Shown: piece by piece, positions 9,978 to 18,892 of the stretch
Layout: every line of letters begins with the position of its first letter
Numbering within the stretch: position 1 is the stretch's first letter
Source: Bacteroidia bacterium
GTDB taxonomy: Bacteria > Bacteroidota > Bacteroidia > AKYH767-A > OLB10
Assembly (NCBI GenBank): GCA_038215705.1
Contig: JBBQQQ010000004.1
Span: forward strand, 147,382 to 211,381
Direction: 5' to 3'
Length of the DNA stretch: 64,000 bases
Made by a program: the position numbers and the translations under genes
The notes under the pieces: generated by a model
The model's input: only the letters and a program-made list of their open reading frames with translations
The model's database searches: none
Told to the model about the DNA's origin: nothing

Positions 9978-11630
9978 ATGTCTAAAAATTTAAGCGAGTT
10001 GTCAGGGCGGAAAGGGCTCACGAAAAACCTCTTCGAAGAATTGGGTAACGCTGCTTTGGCTGATGGGACACCCTCTGACAGTGACATGGAACATTTACGA
10101 CAAGAGTTCCTGGTTGGGAAATCCTCTGTGTATGGTACCGTTTCATTTTATGATTTTCTGAAACCTGAAAACCAGGGTAAAAAAGTGTATGTGTGTAACG
10201 GCAGCGCCTGTATGACGGCAGGTACACAACCTGAATTGATAAGCAAACTCAAAAACCATTTCGCGGTTAATGAAATTGGAGAAATGTGTTGCCTGGGGCG
10301 TTGTCATGAGAATAATGCTTTTCATGTAAACGGACATAATTATTCCGGTGGAGATATCGGGGAAATTACCGCAATTAAAAATCAAAAAAAATTTACTGCT
10401 GAAAAATATCATACAGGTCATAAAGGAACGCCTGTAGTTTCAGCACCATTTTCTTCCGTAAAGGAATATTATTCAATTTTTGAAACTGCACTTGCAGCAT
10501 CACCTCTGGCTTTGCTGGAAGAATTAAAACTTTCCGGATTGCGGGGACGTGGAGGCGCAGGCTTTTCAATGGCGTTCAAACTGGAATCGTGCCGAAATGT
10601 TAAAGGTGCTACAAAGTTTATTGTATGCAATGCTGATGAAGGTGATCCGGGTGCGTATTCCGATCGCTATATTATGGAAGAGCGGCCTCATGCATTACTG
10701 ATGGGCATGATGCTTGCGGGATTTATTACAGGCGCTTCCTATGGTGTGGTTTACATCAGGGGAGAATACCCGGAATCGATTACAATCATCGGGGCGGCCA
10801 TTGATGAACTGCGGAATGAAGGTTTAATTGGCAAAAATATCAGGAATTCAGGATTTGATTTTGAATTTAAAATTATAAAAGCGCAGGGAGCCTATATATG
10901 CGGTGAGGAAACAGCCCTTTTGTCATCAATTGAAGGACAAAGACCGGAAGTGAGAACCCGTCCGCCTTATCCTACTCAAATGGGATTGTTCAACAAGCCC
11001 ACAGTAGTGAATAATGTTGAAACACTTGCCAATCTTCCATATATTGTAAAAAATGGTGGCAAAGCGTTTTCAAAAATTGGTATGGTTAAATCAACCGGAA
11101 CAAAATTAATTTCACTGGATGGTTATTTCAACCGGCCGGGCATCTATGAAGTTGATATGGGTACACCATTACGTATTGTGATTGAGGAGCTTGGCGGAGG
11201 ATTCCGTTCACCGGTTAAAGCCATGCATATTGGCGGTCCTCTTGGTGGACTTGTTCCTGTAAGTAAAATTGACAGCCTGACAGTAGATTTTGACTCTTTC
11301 TCAACACAGGGATTTCTTCTGGGGCATGCTTCAATAGTTTGTATCCCAACAGATTTTCCGTTAATAGCTTACCTGGAACATCTCTTTCGTTTTACTGCCC
11401 ATGAAAGTTGCGGAAAATGTTTTCCCTGCAGGATCGGATCAACACGTGGATATGAAATGATTGATAAAGCACGCACTACTGATTATAAACTCGACCGGGT
11501 GCTGCTAAATGATTTACTTGAAACACTGGAAGCAGGATCATTATGTGCTTTAGGCGGAGGATTGCCATTGCCTATAAAAAATGCATTGAATTATTTTAAT
11601 GATGAATTAAGGCCGTATTTTAAATTATAA
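9978..11630 (+). CDS. NAD-dependent formate dehydrogenase beta subunit with fused N-terminal gamma (NuoE-like 2Fe-2S) domain (NuoE/NuoF-like)
   Basis: The N-terminus carries thioredoxin-like 2Fe-2S cysteines (VCNGSAC...CLGRC). The core carries the NuoF FMN/NADH motifs (GRGGAGF, GDPG) and a C-terminal 4Fe-4S CGKCFPCR. Confidence 0.8.
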   Translation: MSKNLSELSGRKGLTKNLFEELGNAALADGTPSDSDMEHLRQEFLVGKSSVYGTVSFYDFLKPENQGKKVYVCNGSACMTAGTQPELISKLKNHFAVNEIGEMCCLGRCHENNAFHVNGHNYSGGDIGEITAIKNQKKFTAEKYHTGHKGTPVVSAPFSSVKEYYSIFETALAASPLALLEELKLSGLRGRGGAGFSMAFKLESCRNVKGATKFIVCNADEGDPGAYSDRYIMEERPHALLMGMMLAGFITGASYGVVYIRGEYPESITIIGAAIDELRNEGLIGKNIRNSGFDFEFKIIKAQGAYICGEETALLSSIEGQRPEVRTRPPYPTQMGLFNKPTVVNNVETLANLPYIVKNGGKAFSKIGMVKSTGTKLISLDGYFNRPGIYEVDMGTPLRIVIEELGGGFRSPVKAMHIGGPLGGLVPVSKIDSLTVDFDSFSTQGFLLGHASIVCIPTDFPLIAYLEHLFRFTAHESCGKCFPCRIGSTRGYEMIDKARTTDYKLDRVLLNDLLETLEAGSLCALGGGLPLPIKNALNYFNDELRPYFKL

Positions 11631-11661
11631 ATTCAAGGAGCCTTGAAAAATTTCAAACGAC

Positions 11662-14388
11662 ATGGGGAAGACAGCATTTATAAATGATAAAGCATATGAA
11701 ATAAAGGATGGTGATACTATCCTGAGTTTTGTAAGACGTTATTTCGGTAAAGACTTTGTTCCGACTCTTTGCGATGCACCCAATCTGGATCCTTTTGGTG
11801 CCTGCCGGGTGTGCAGCGTGGATGTGGCACTTGTTAAAGATGGCCCTGCCAAAGCACAGGCATCATGTCATACACCCGTAATGGCGGATTCTTTTATTTA
11901 TACCGATTCAGACAGAATAAAACGGTTGCGTCGCAATATCATCGAACTGGTACTGACTGATCATCCGCTTGACTGTCTTACCTGCGAAGTGAATAACAAT
12001 TGCGAACTCCAAACTGTAGCTGCACGTGTCGGGATCAGGGATGTGCGTTATCCCGCCGGTAAAAATCATTTACATTACGAAAAAGATCGCAGTCATCCGT
12101 ATATGACATCCGATTTTTCCAAATGTATTAATTGTGGACGTTGTGTGCGTGCATGCGATGAAGTTCAGGGTGAATTTGTTTTGAGTATGGCAGGAAGAGG
12201 TTTCGATAGTCATATTATTAAGAGTTTTGATAATAATTTTTTTAATTCAGATTGTGTAAGTTGCGGAGCCTGTGCGCAGGCATGCCCTACTTCAGCTATA
12301 AGTGATGTTTTTGAATCCAAATCGGTTGCGGTTGATAAAAAGGTGCGAACGGTATGCACCTATTGCGGAGTTGGATGCAATCTTGATGTGGCAGTAACAA
12401 ATGGTAAAGTAAAATCAATACAGGCACCCTTTGATGCAGAAGTAAACCAGGGGCATACCTGCCTGAAAGGACGTTTCGCATTTTCGTTTTACAATCACCC
12501 CGAACGTTTACGCACACCGTTAATAAAGCGTAACGGCGCATTTGAGCCCGCTACATGGGATGAAGCCTATGATTATATTGCTGATAAACTTACTTCAATA
12601 AAAAGCATCCATGGACCTGATGCCATAGGTGGAATTTCTTCTGCACGCTGTACGAATGAGGAAAATTACCTGATGCAAAAATTTATACGGGCAGTCATTG
12701 GAACCAATAATATTGATAGTTGTGCGCGGGTGTGCCATTCACCCACTGCATTAGGCATGCAGCGGACATTCGGAACCGGCGCAGCAACCAATTCCATTAT
12801 TGATTTAAAATTTACCGATTGCATAATGGTAATCGGGGCAAATCCTACCGATGCACACCCTGTTACAGGTGCTAAATTGAAACAACACGCTGTTCGGGGC
12901 AAAACAACGATTGTGATTGATCCCCGCAGAACCGAAATAGCGCGGTATGCAACGTATCATTTGCAGCTTAAACCCGGAACCAATGTTGCCATGCTGAACA
13001 TGCTTTTGTATTTTATTGTGTCGGAAGGACTGGCGGATAAAAATTTTATTGAAAGCCGGACCGAAGGGTATGAGGATTTCAAAAAGCACATTCTTCAATT
13101 GGATGTTAACGAACTGGAAACTATTACTGGCGTAAATAAGGAGCTGGCTAGAAAAGCCGCAATGGCATACGCAATGGCACCCAATGCGATGTCATTTCAC
13201 GGATTGGGAGTTACTGAGCATTCACAGGGTACGTACACAGTGATGCTCATTGCTGATCTTGCCATGATAACGGGTAACATTGGCCGGCGTGGAGTTGGTG
13301 TGAATCCGTTGCGCGGTCAGAATAATGTTCAGGGTGCTGCTGATATGGGTTGTCAGCCACACCAGGGTGCGGGTTACCTCGACAGTTATGACCCTGAAAT
13401 CAATAAAAAATATACAGCTTTTTATAAGGTTCCCGTACCTATCGGAAAAGGTATGAAAATTCCTGAAATGTATGATGCTTCAATCAGCGGTAAGCTTAAA
13501 GCGTTGTGGTTGATGGGAGAGGATAATGTGCAAACAGATCCAAATACGCAGCATGTAATGAAGGCAATGAGTAACCTTGAGCTGCTTGTGGTACAGGAAC
13601 TTTTTATGACCGAAACAGCTAAAATGGCGCATGTGATTTTACCCGCAGCATCTTTTCTCGAAAAGAGCGGTACATTTACAAATGGAGAACGAAGAATACA
13701 AAAAGTTCAAAATGTAGTTGAGCCTATTGAAGGTACTAAGCCCGACGGACAGATTATTGTTGAAATAATGAACCGTATGGGATATAATCAATCACCCTAC
13801 GACCCAGAAACATTGCTGGAAGAAATTTCAGGAATTGTGCCCTTCTTTGCAGGAGTTAAATGGGATGAGCTTGGCGATAACGGAAAGCAATGGCCGGTAT
13901 TACCCGATGGAACGGATACAGAAATTCTGCACATTGACACTTTTAAAAGAGGGAAAGGAAAATTCCAGGTTGCTACCTGGAAGGAATCGGAAGAAATAGT
14001 AAATCACGGGCAGGAGTTTCCGTATATACTTACTACAAACAGGGAACTTGAACATTATAACTGCGGTACCATGACCCGGAGAACAGGAAATGTTGAGATT
14101 ATCACGGATGATGTGTTGTTGATCAATCCGGCAGATGCACAGAATCATTTTATTGGTGATGGTGACATGGTTTGTATTATTTCTGCTCGTGGTAAGATTG
14201 ATGTTAAAGCAAAGATAACGGATGAAGTACGTGCAGGTGTGCTTTCCTCCACATTTCATTTTCCTGATGTGCGTATGAATGACCTGACTTCCAGCATTAG
14301 TGATTCTGAAGCGATGTGCCCGGAATACAAAGTGGTTGCAGTGAACATCCGTAAGAGTAAGGGGAAGTACAAGTCAGAAGCAGTTTGA
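11662..14388 (+). CDS. fdhA: formate dehydrogenase alpha subunit (molybdopterin, NAD-linked, Cys-type)
   Basis: 908 aa with an N-terminal 2Fe-2S and multiple 4Fe-4S Cys clusters. The molybdopterin-oxidoreductase signature CTYCGVGCNLDV is present. The active-site segment CARVCHSPTALG has Cys where selenoproteins have Sec. Confidence 0.9.
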   Translation: MGKTAFINDKAYEIKDGDTILSFVRRYFGKDFVPTLCDAPNLDPFGACRVCSVDVALVKDGPAKAQASCHTPVMADSFIYTDSDRIKRLRRNIIELVLTDHPLDCLTCEVNNNCELQTVAARVGIRDVRYPAGKNHLHYEKDRSHPYMTSDFSKCINCGRCVRACDEVQGEFVLSMAGRGFDSHIIKSFDNNFFNSDCVSCGACAQACPTSAISDVFESKSVAVDKKVRTVCTYCGVGCNLDVAVTNGKVKSIQAPFDAEVNQGHTCLKGRFAFSFYNHPERLRTPLIKRNGAFEPATWDEAYDYIADKLTSIKSIHGPDAIGGISSARCTNEENYLMQKFIRAVIGTNNIDSCARVCHSPTALGMQRTFGTGAATNSIIDLKFTDCIMVIGANPTDAHPVTGAKLKQHAVRGKTTIVIDPRRTEIARYATYHLQLKPGTNVAMLNMLLYFIVSEGLADKNFIESRTEGYEDFKKHILQLDVNELETITGVNKELARKAAMAYAMAPNAMSFHGLGVTEHSQGTYTVMLIADLAMITGNIGRRGVGVNPLRGQNNVQGAADMGCQPHQGAGYLDSYDPEINKKYTAFYKVPVPIGKGMKIPEMYDASISGKLKALWLMGEDNVQTDPNTQHVMKAMSNLELLVVQELFMTETAKMAHVILPAASFLEKSGTFTNGERRIQKVQNVVEPIEGTKPDGQIIVEIMNRMGYNQSPYDPETLLEEISGIVPFFAGVKWDELGDNGKQWPVLPDGTDTEILHIDTFKRGKGKFQVATWKESEEIVNHGQEFPYILTTNRELEHYNCGTMTRRTGNVEIITDDVLLINPADAQNHFIGDGDMVCIISARGKIDVKAKITDEVRAGVLSSTFHFPDVRMNDLTSSISDSEAMCPEYKVVAVNIRKSKGKYKSEAV

Positions 14389-14474
14389 TCAAATTAATTT
14401 CACATTTATTATTCTGCTATAGTTACCTTCATCTGGAGTATTCAAACGTGTTTTGAAATTATATTTTTATTTTT

Positions 14475-15398
14475 TTGTCAATGATAGATATTACCAATAA
14501 AATTAAAACACACCGCATAGCAATTGCGCAGGCTGTTTTAAAAGTAAGCAGCCAGGAGACCATTGATGCGATTAACAATAAAAAAGTTCCCAAGGGTGAT
14601 GTGATAGAAGCCAGTAGGATAGCAGGTTTGTTTGGCGTTAAGCGAACCAGTGATATGATTCCCGATTGTCACCCGCTACCGGTGGAATTTACTGAGATCC
14701 GTCATCGAATCGAAGGCCTTCAGATTCACGTTGAAGTTGAAGTACATACCATTTATAAAACCGGGGTTGAAGTAGAAGCAATGCACGGTGCTTCGGTTGT
14801 TGCTTTAACGATGTATGACATGTTAAAACCGATTGACAAAGAAATTGAGATTATTTCTATCCGGTTGCTTCGTAAAAATGGAGGAAAGTCACAGTATAAT
14901 GATAATTTAAGCCGAAACGTGTCAGGTGCAGTAATTGTATGTTCGGATAGTATTTCCGCAGGGAAAAAAGAGGACTTCGCGGGAAAAGCAATAATTGAAA
15001 AGTTGAAAAAGTACCAGGTTTCGATTTCAGATTATAGTATTATTCAGGATGAAATTGAAATGATTCAGACTAAAGTAAAGCAACTATGTGATTCAAAAAC
15101 CGATCTTATTATAATTACCGGTGGGACGGGTTTGTCGAAGCGGGATGTAACGCCCGAGGCTATACGTCCATTGCTCGATCGTGAAATTCCCGGAATAGCG
15201 GAAGCGGCCAGGAGTTATGGCATGGAACACATGCCCTACGCCATGCTTTCAAGGAGTTTAGCCGGCTTAAAAGGGAAAACGCTTATACTGGCACTGCCAG
15301 GATCTACCAGGGGCGCACAAGAGAGTATGGATGCGCTTTTTCCATATCTGTTGCATTTGTTCCGGGTTATGGACCAGGAGCCTCATGAGGGGTTTTAA
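14475..15398 (+). CDS. moaC: bifunctional MoaC (cyclic pyranopterin monophosphate synthase) / MogA-MoaB molybdopterin adenylyltransferase fusion
   Basis: The N-terminal about 150 aa are MoaC-like. The C-terminal half carries the MogA/MoaB signature [16 protein letters not shown]. Confidence 0.85.
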   Translation: MSMIDITNKIKTHRIAIAQAVLKVSSQETIDAINNKKVPKGDVIEASRIAGLFGVKRTSDMIPDCHPLPVEFTEIRHRIEGLQIHVEVEVHTIYKTGVEVEAMHGASVVALTMYDMLKPIDKEIEIISIRLLRKNGGKSQYNDNLSRNVSGAVIVCSDSISAGKKEDFAGKAIIEKLKKYQVSISDYSIIQDEIEMIQTKVKQLCDSKTDLIIITGGTGLSKRDVTPEAIRPLLDREIPGIAEAARSYGMEHMPYAMLSRSLAGLKGKTLILALPGSTRGAQESMDALFPYLLHLFRVMDQEPHEGF

Positions 15399-15465
15399 CA
15401 AAAAATTTGTGATTATTGCAGTGAATTCCTTTGATTGTGTCAGCAGTACTTTGTACATTTGAATT

Positions 15466-15681
15466 ATGGAGAAAGTAGTACATATTACCTCTATCGACAG
15501 CAAACAAAATGATTTTGAATTTTGGTCCCGGAATTCCTATCATGAGCGATTGGCTGCTATCGAAATGCTTCGTCAACAATACTATAGCATAAATAAACAT
15601 GTTCCGCAAGGATTTCAAAGAGTTTGTACAATTAGTAGAAAACGCGATTTGGATGTTTTGGAAAACTTTACAAAAGAGTAA
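15466..15681 (+). CDS. hypothetical small protein (71 aa)
   Basis: ORF ending 3 nt before the next gene. No recognisable motifs. Kept only for its operon-like position. Confidence 0.3.
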   Translation: MEKVVHITSIDSKQNDFEFWSRNSYHERLAAIEMLRQQYYSINKHVPQGFQRVCTISRKRDLDVLENFTKE

Positions 15682-15683
15682 CC

Positions 15684-16190
15684 ATGTTGAATTATTGTAT
15701 TCAATCATTATTAGCAAACAGGAATGCGTTTGAGCATTTGTTGTCAGGCTTAAACCAGGAAGAATATTCCTGGAGAGAGCGCGAGGGAAAATGGTCAATC
15801 ATTGAAGTGGTGTGTCATTTGCGTGATGAAGAAATTGAGGATTTCAGAGCCCGGGTAAAATCAGTTCTTGAAACACCTGAAAAACCTTTTGTTCAAATTG
15901 ATCCTGCAAATTGGGTTTCGGAAAGGAAGTATGCGGACCAGGATTATAAACGCATGCTTACTGCCTTTTTATCGGAGCGCGATAAATCTATTGAATGGTT
16001 ATCATCGTTAACCGATCCGAAATGGGACAACGCGTATAACCACCCGAAAGTGGGTCCTGTATCGGCACGTTTTTTACTGACTAACTGGCTGGCACATGAT
16101 TATCTTCACCTGCGACAGGTAATCAGGATAAAATATAATTACCTTCATTTTTATTCAGGCCACAAACTGGATTATGCGGGTGAATGGTAA
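15684..16190 (+). CDS. DinB/YfiT-like (DinB_2 superfamily) four-helix-bundle metalloprotein
   Basis: 168 aa with His-containing helices (VCHLRDEE..., WLAHDYLHLRQV) typical of the DinB_2 fold. Confidence 0.55.
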   Translation: MLNYCIQSLLANRNAFEHLLSGLNQEEYSWREREGKWSIIEVVCHLRDEEIEDFRARVKSVLETPEKPFVQIDPANWVSERKYADQDYKRMLTAFLSERDKSIEWLSSLTDPKWDNAYNHPKVGPVSARFLLTNWLAHDYLHLRQVIRIKYNYLHFYSGHKLDYAGEW

Positions 16191-16231
16191 ATAAACCCGA
16201 TGAAATTAATTATCATCCCGTAAAGGAAATT

Positions 16232-16558
16232 ATGAACTGGATTATCTTAATTATTGCCGGATTTTTTGAAGTCGCCTTTGCCGCCTGTCTTGGTAAAGCT
16301 AAAGAAACTACCGGCAGCGCCTACATGCTATGGATGGGTGGCTTCCTGGTTTGCCTTACCATTAGTATGGTTTTGCTGTATAAAGCAACACAGACATTGC
16401 CAATAGGTACTGCCTATGCAGTATGGACCGGAATTGGGGCTGTAGGAACGGTATTGATAGGAATTTTCTTTTTTAAAGAACCTGCCGACTTTTGGAGAGT
16501 CTTTTTTATAGTTACCCTCATAGCTTCTATTATAGGATTGAAGCTGGTTTCCTCATAA
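16232..16558 (+). CDS. sugE: SMR-family small multidrug/quaternary-ammonium efflux protein (SugE/EmrE-like)
   Basis: About 108 aa from the internal ATG at 16232, preceded by AAAGGAAAT. Four TM helices, with the conserved membrane Glu in helix 1 (FFEVAFA). Confidence 0.8.
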   Translation: MNWIILIIAGFFEVAFAACLGKAKETTGSAYMLWMGGFLVCLTISMVLLYKATQTLPIGTAYAVWTGIGAVGTVLIGIFFFKEPADFWRVFFIVTLIASIIGLKLVSS

Positions 16559-16581
16559 AGTAAAACCTTTTAAAATACAAA

Positions 16582-16605
16582 AAGCCGGAATAAACCGGCT
16601 TCTTG
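16582..16605. terminator. bidirectional rho-independent terminator hairpin between the convergent sugE and ctp genes
   Basis: AAGCCGG-AATAAA-CCGGCTT stem-loop flanked by A-rich sequence on the left and T-rich sequence on the right. Confidence 0.5.
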
Positions 16606-16626
16606 TAAAACACTAAATCGCGCAGA

Positions 16627-18216
16627 TTATTTTTCTGCAATTTTTAACCGGTCGAAGGTGTCATTTTTCATAGACTCCATGGCTTTACTAAAAAAAGGAT
16701 TGATGTCATTAATCACCTGCCAGTAAGCATCTGTATTCCACAAATCTCTTGCAATAAGCGCTTTTATCTGGACCTGTAAAAGTTTATATGATGTTGCAAG
16801 ACCGACACTGTCTTTTACAACACCTTTCTTTTCTCCATATGCAACAACATCTTCAATTAATTTGTCATCAACTGAAAAATTGTTACGGAATGTTAAGATA
16901 TCAGGGTATTTAGCAACGAGCTGCTTCCGGTTTTTGTCGGTGTAACTGAGTGCGAATTCATACATGACTGATTTTCTCACAAGGTCACTGTGATATTTAC
17001 TGTTCATAGAAGTATCAAGCGGAACAAAAATATCAGGCATGATACCTCCGCCACCATAAACAATGCGTTTAGCCTGGGTGTAATATTTAAGAGAATCATC
17101 AAACTTAATGCTGTCGGCATTATACAATTCACCATGCTTAAACCGGTTTGAAAGATCCATTTCATATTCTTCATCACCTTCCTCGTAAGACTTTTGAATA
17201 CATCTGCCGGAAGGAGTGTAATAACGTGCCACGGTAAGACGCACTGCAGATCCATCGGGAAGTGGAAAAGGTTTTTGCACCAGTCCTTTTGCGAAGGAAC
17301 GGCGGCCTATAATTAATCCGCGATCCCAATCCTGTACAGCACCCGAAACAATTTCACTTGCGGAAGCGGAACCTTCATCAATGAGGACTATCAACTTTCC
17401 TTTTTCAAAACCACCAATAGGAGAAGAAAAATATTCCTGCTTTGTACTGGTACGCCCTTCTGTGTAAACTATTTTTTTGTTATCCGACAAAAATTCATCA
17501 GCTAATTCTATTGCCCGGTTCAGATATCCTCCACCGTTACCAGTTAAATCGAGAATAAGCGCTGTCATGCCTTTTGCTTTTAATTTTGCTAAAGCTTCAC
17601 GGAATTCATCAACTGTAGTATCGGCAAAACGGCTGATTTTAATATAGCCGATTTCAGGTGTCGACATATATGCGGCATCAACACTGAACAACGGAATTTT
17701 ATCACGGGTGATTTCAAAATCAAGAAGATTTTTTTCATCCCTGCGGAAAATAGCTACCGTTACTTTTGTGCCTTTATCACCGCGCAATTTTTTCATTACA
17801 TCGCTGTTGGTAATTTTAGTTCCCGCCACCAGTTCATCATCAATTTTAACAATCCTGTCGCCCGCCCTGATACCAATTTTTTCGGAAGGACCACCGGGAA
17901 TGGTTTGCGTAACCATGATGGTATCTTCAAAAATATTAAACTGGATTCCGACGCCTTCAAATTTACCCACGAGTGGTTCATTTTGTTCCTTAAGATCCTT
18001 GGCGGGAATGTAAACCGAATGAGGGTCCAGGTCTTTTAATATTGCTGTGATGGCCGTTTCAGTCAATTCTTCCTGGTTGGAAGAATCAACATACGTGTAC
18101 TCGATCATTTGCAAAAGGGCATCCAGTTTACGGCCGGAGGCTGTTGTTTGGGCGTTAACGGGTGAAAAACCTTCCAATAGAAGGCATATCAACCCGGTTA
18201 AGAGAAATTTATTCAT
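16627..18216 (-). CDS. ctp: S41-family C-terminal processing (tail-specific) peptidase with PDZ domain
   Basis: 529 aa with a signal peptide and a PDZ segment (GIRAGDRIVKID). The S41 catalytic region carries GNGGG, plus Ser/Lys motifs. Confidence 0.85.
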   Translation of the reverse strand: MNKFLLTGLICLLLEGFSPVNAQTTASGRKLDALLQMIEYTYVDSSNQEELTETAITAILKDLDPHSVYIPAKDLKEQNEPLVGKFEGVGIQFNIFEDTIMVTQTIPGGPSEKIGIRAGDRIVKIDDELVAGTKITNSDVMKKLRGDKGTKVTVAIFRRDEKNLLDFEITRDKIPLFSVDAAYMSTPEIGYIKISRFADTTVDEFREALAKLKAKGMTALILDLTGNGGGYLNRAIELADEFLSDNKKIVYTEGRTSTKQEYFSSPIGGFEKGKLIVLIDEGSASASEIVSGAVQDWDRGLIIGRRSFAKGLVQKPFPLPDGSAVRLTVARYYTPSGRCIQKSYEEGDEEYEMDLSNRFKHGELYNADSIKFDDSLKYYTQAKRIVYGGGGIMPDIFVPLDTSMNSKYHSDLVRKSVMYEFALSYTDKNRKQLVAKYPDILTFRNNFSVDDKLIEDVVAYGEKKGVVKDSVGLATSYKLLQVQIKALIARDLWNTDAYWQVINDINPFFSKAMESMKNDTFDRLKIAEK

Positions 18217-18318
18217 AGTTTTATAGTTGAATCAGCTGTCAATAGTACGTTAATAAAGCTGCAATTATTATGCCTTTGGAACATTTCTATCAAGCATTTT
18301 GTGACATGACAATGTGTA

Positions 18319-18834
18319 TTAATGACCTCGTTTATTATCGGCGGTAGTAGAAAGTGATTGCAAATCGCGGTCAAACAGGTACATACCGCCCTTATCGTTA
18401 CCAATCAGGTTAAGCTTATCAAGTATATTACGTGCCAGCGCCTCTTCTTCAATTTGCTCTGAAACATACCATTGTAGAAAGTTGTGAGTGGTGTAATCCT
18501 TTTCACTCAGACAACTGTCGACGAGCTTATTAATTTCTTCAGTAACATGTATTTCATGCTTGAGTATTTGCTCAAATATTTCCTGGATGCTCTGAAAATT
18601 TGCAGGCGGTGAAGTCAGGGCAGGAACCAGCCCATGTCCTCCGCGTTCATTGATAAACATAATAAGTTTAAGCATATGAGCGCGCTCCTCATCAGTATGC
18701 TTGTAAAGGAATTTAGATACACCATTGTAACCCTTAACTTCTGCCCATGAGGCCATAGCCAGGTAATATTGTGAAGAGGAAGCTTCCAGTTCAACTTGTT
18801 GATTAAGTAAAGATTCAATTTTCTTGCTTAGCAT
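18319..18834 (-). CDS. ftn: ferritin (non-haem, Ftn-type)
   Basis: 171 aa with ferritin-like diiron ligand spacing (E...EExH...E...QxxEE) in a four-helix-bundle layout. Confidence 0.8.
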   Translation of the reverse strand: MLSKKIESLLNQQVELEASSSQYYLAMASWAEVKGYNGVSKFLYKHTDEERAHMLKLIMFINERGGHGLVPALTSPPANFQSIQEIFEQILKHEIHVTEEINKLVDSCLSEKDYTTHNFLQWYVSEQIEEEALARNILDKLNLIGNDKGGMYLFDRDLQSLSTTADNKRGH

Positions 18835-18892
18835 AGTTTAGGTTTTTAAAAATTTATAATGTGATTGTTTCCGGTTTAGGGACCGGCAACTA

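Noticed and set aside
12700-12760. Possible selenocysteine (in-frame TGA) in the formate dehydrogenase alpha active site
   Set aside because: The ORF is continuous and the active-site segment reads CARVCHSPT with a TGC Cys codon. It has no in-frame TGA and no obvious SECIS-like hairpin. The enzyme is therefore Cys-type.
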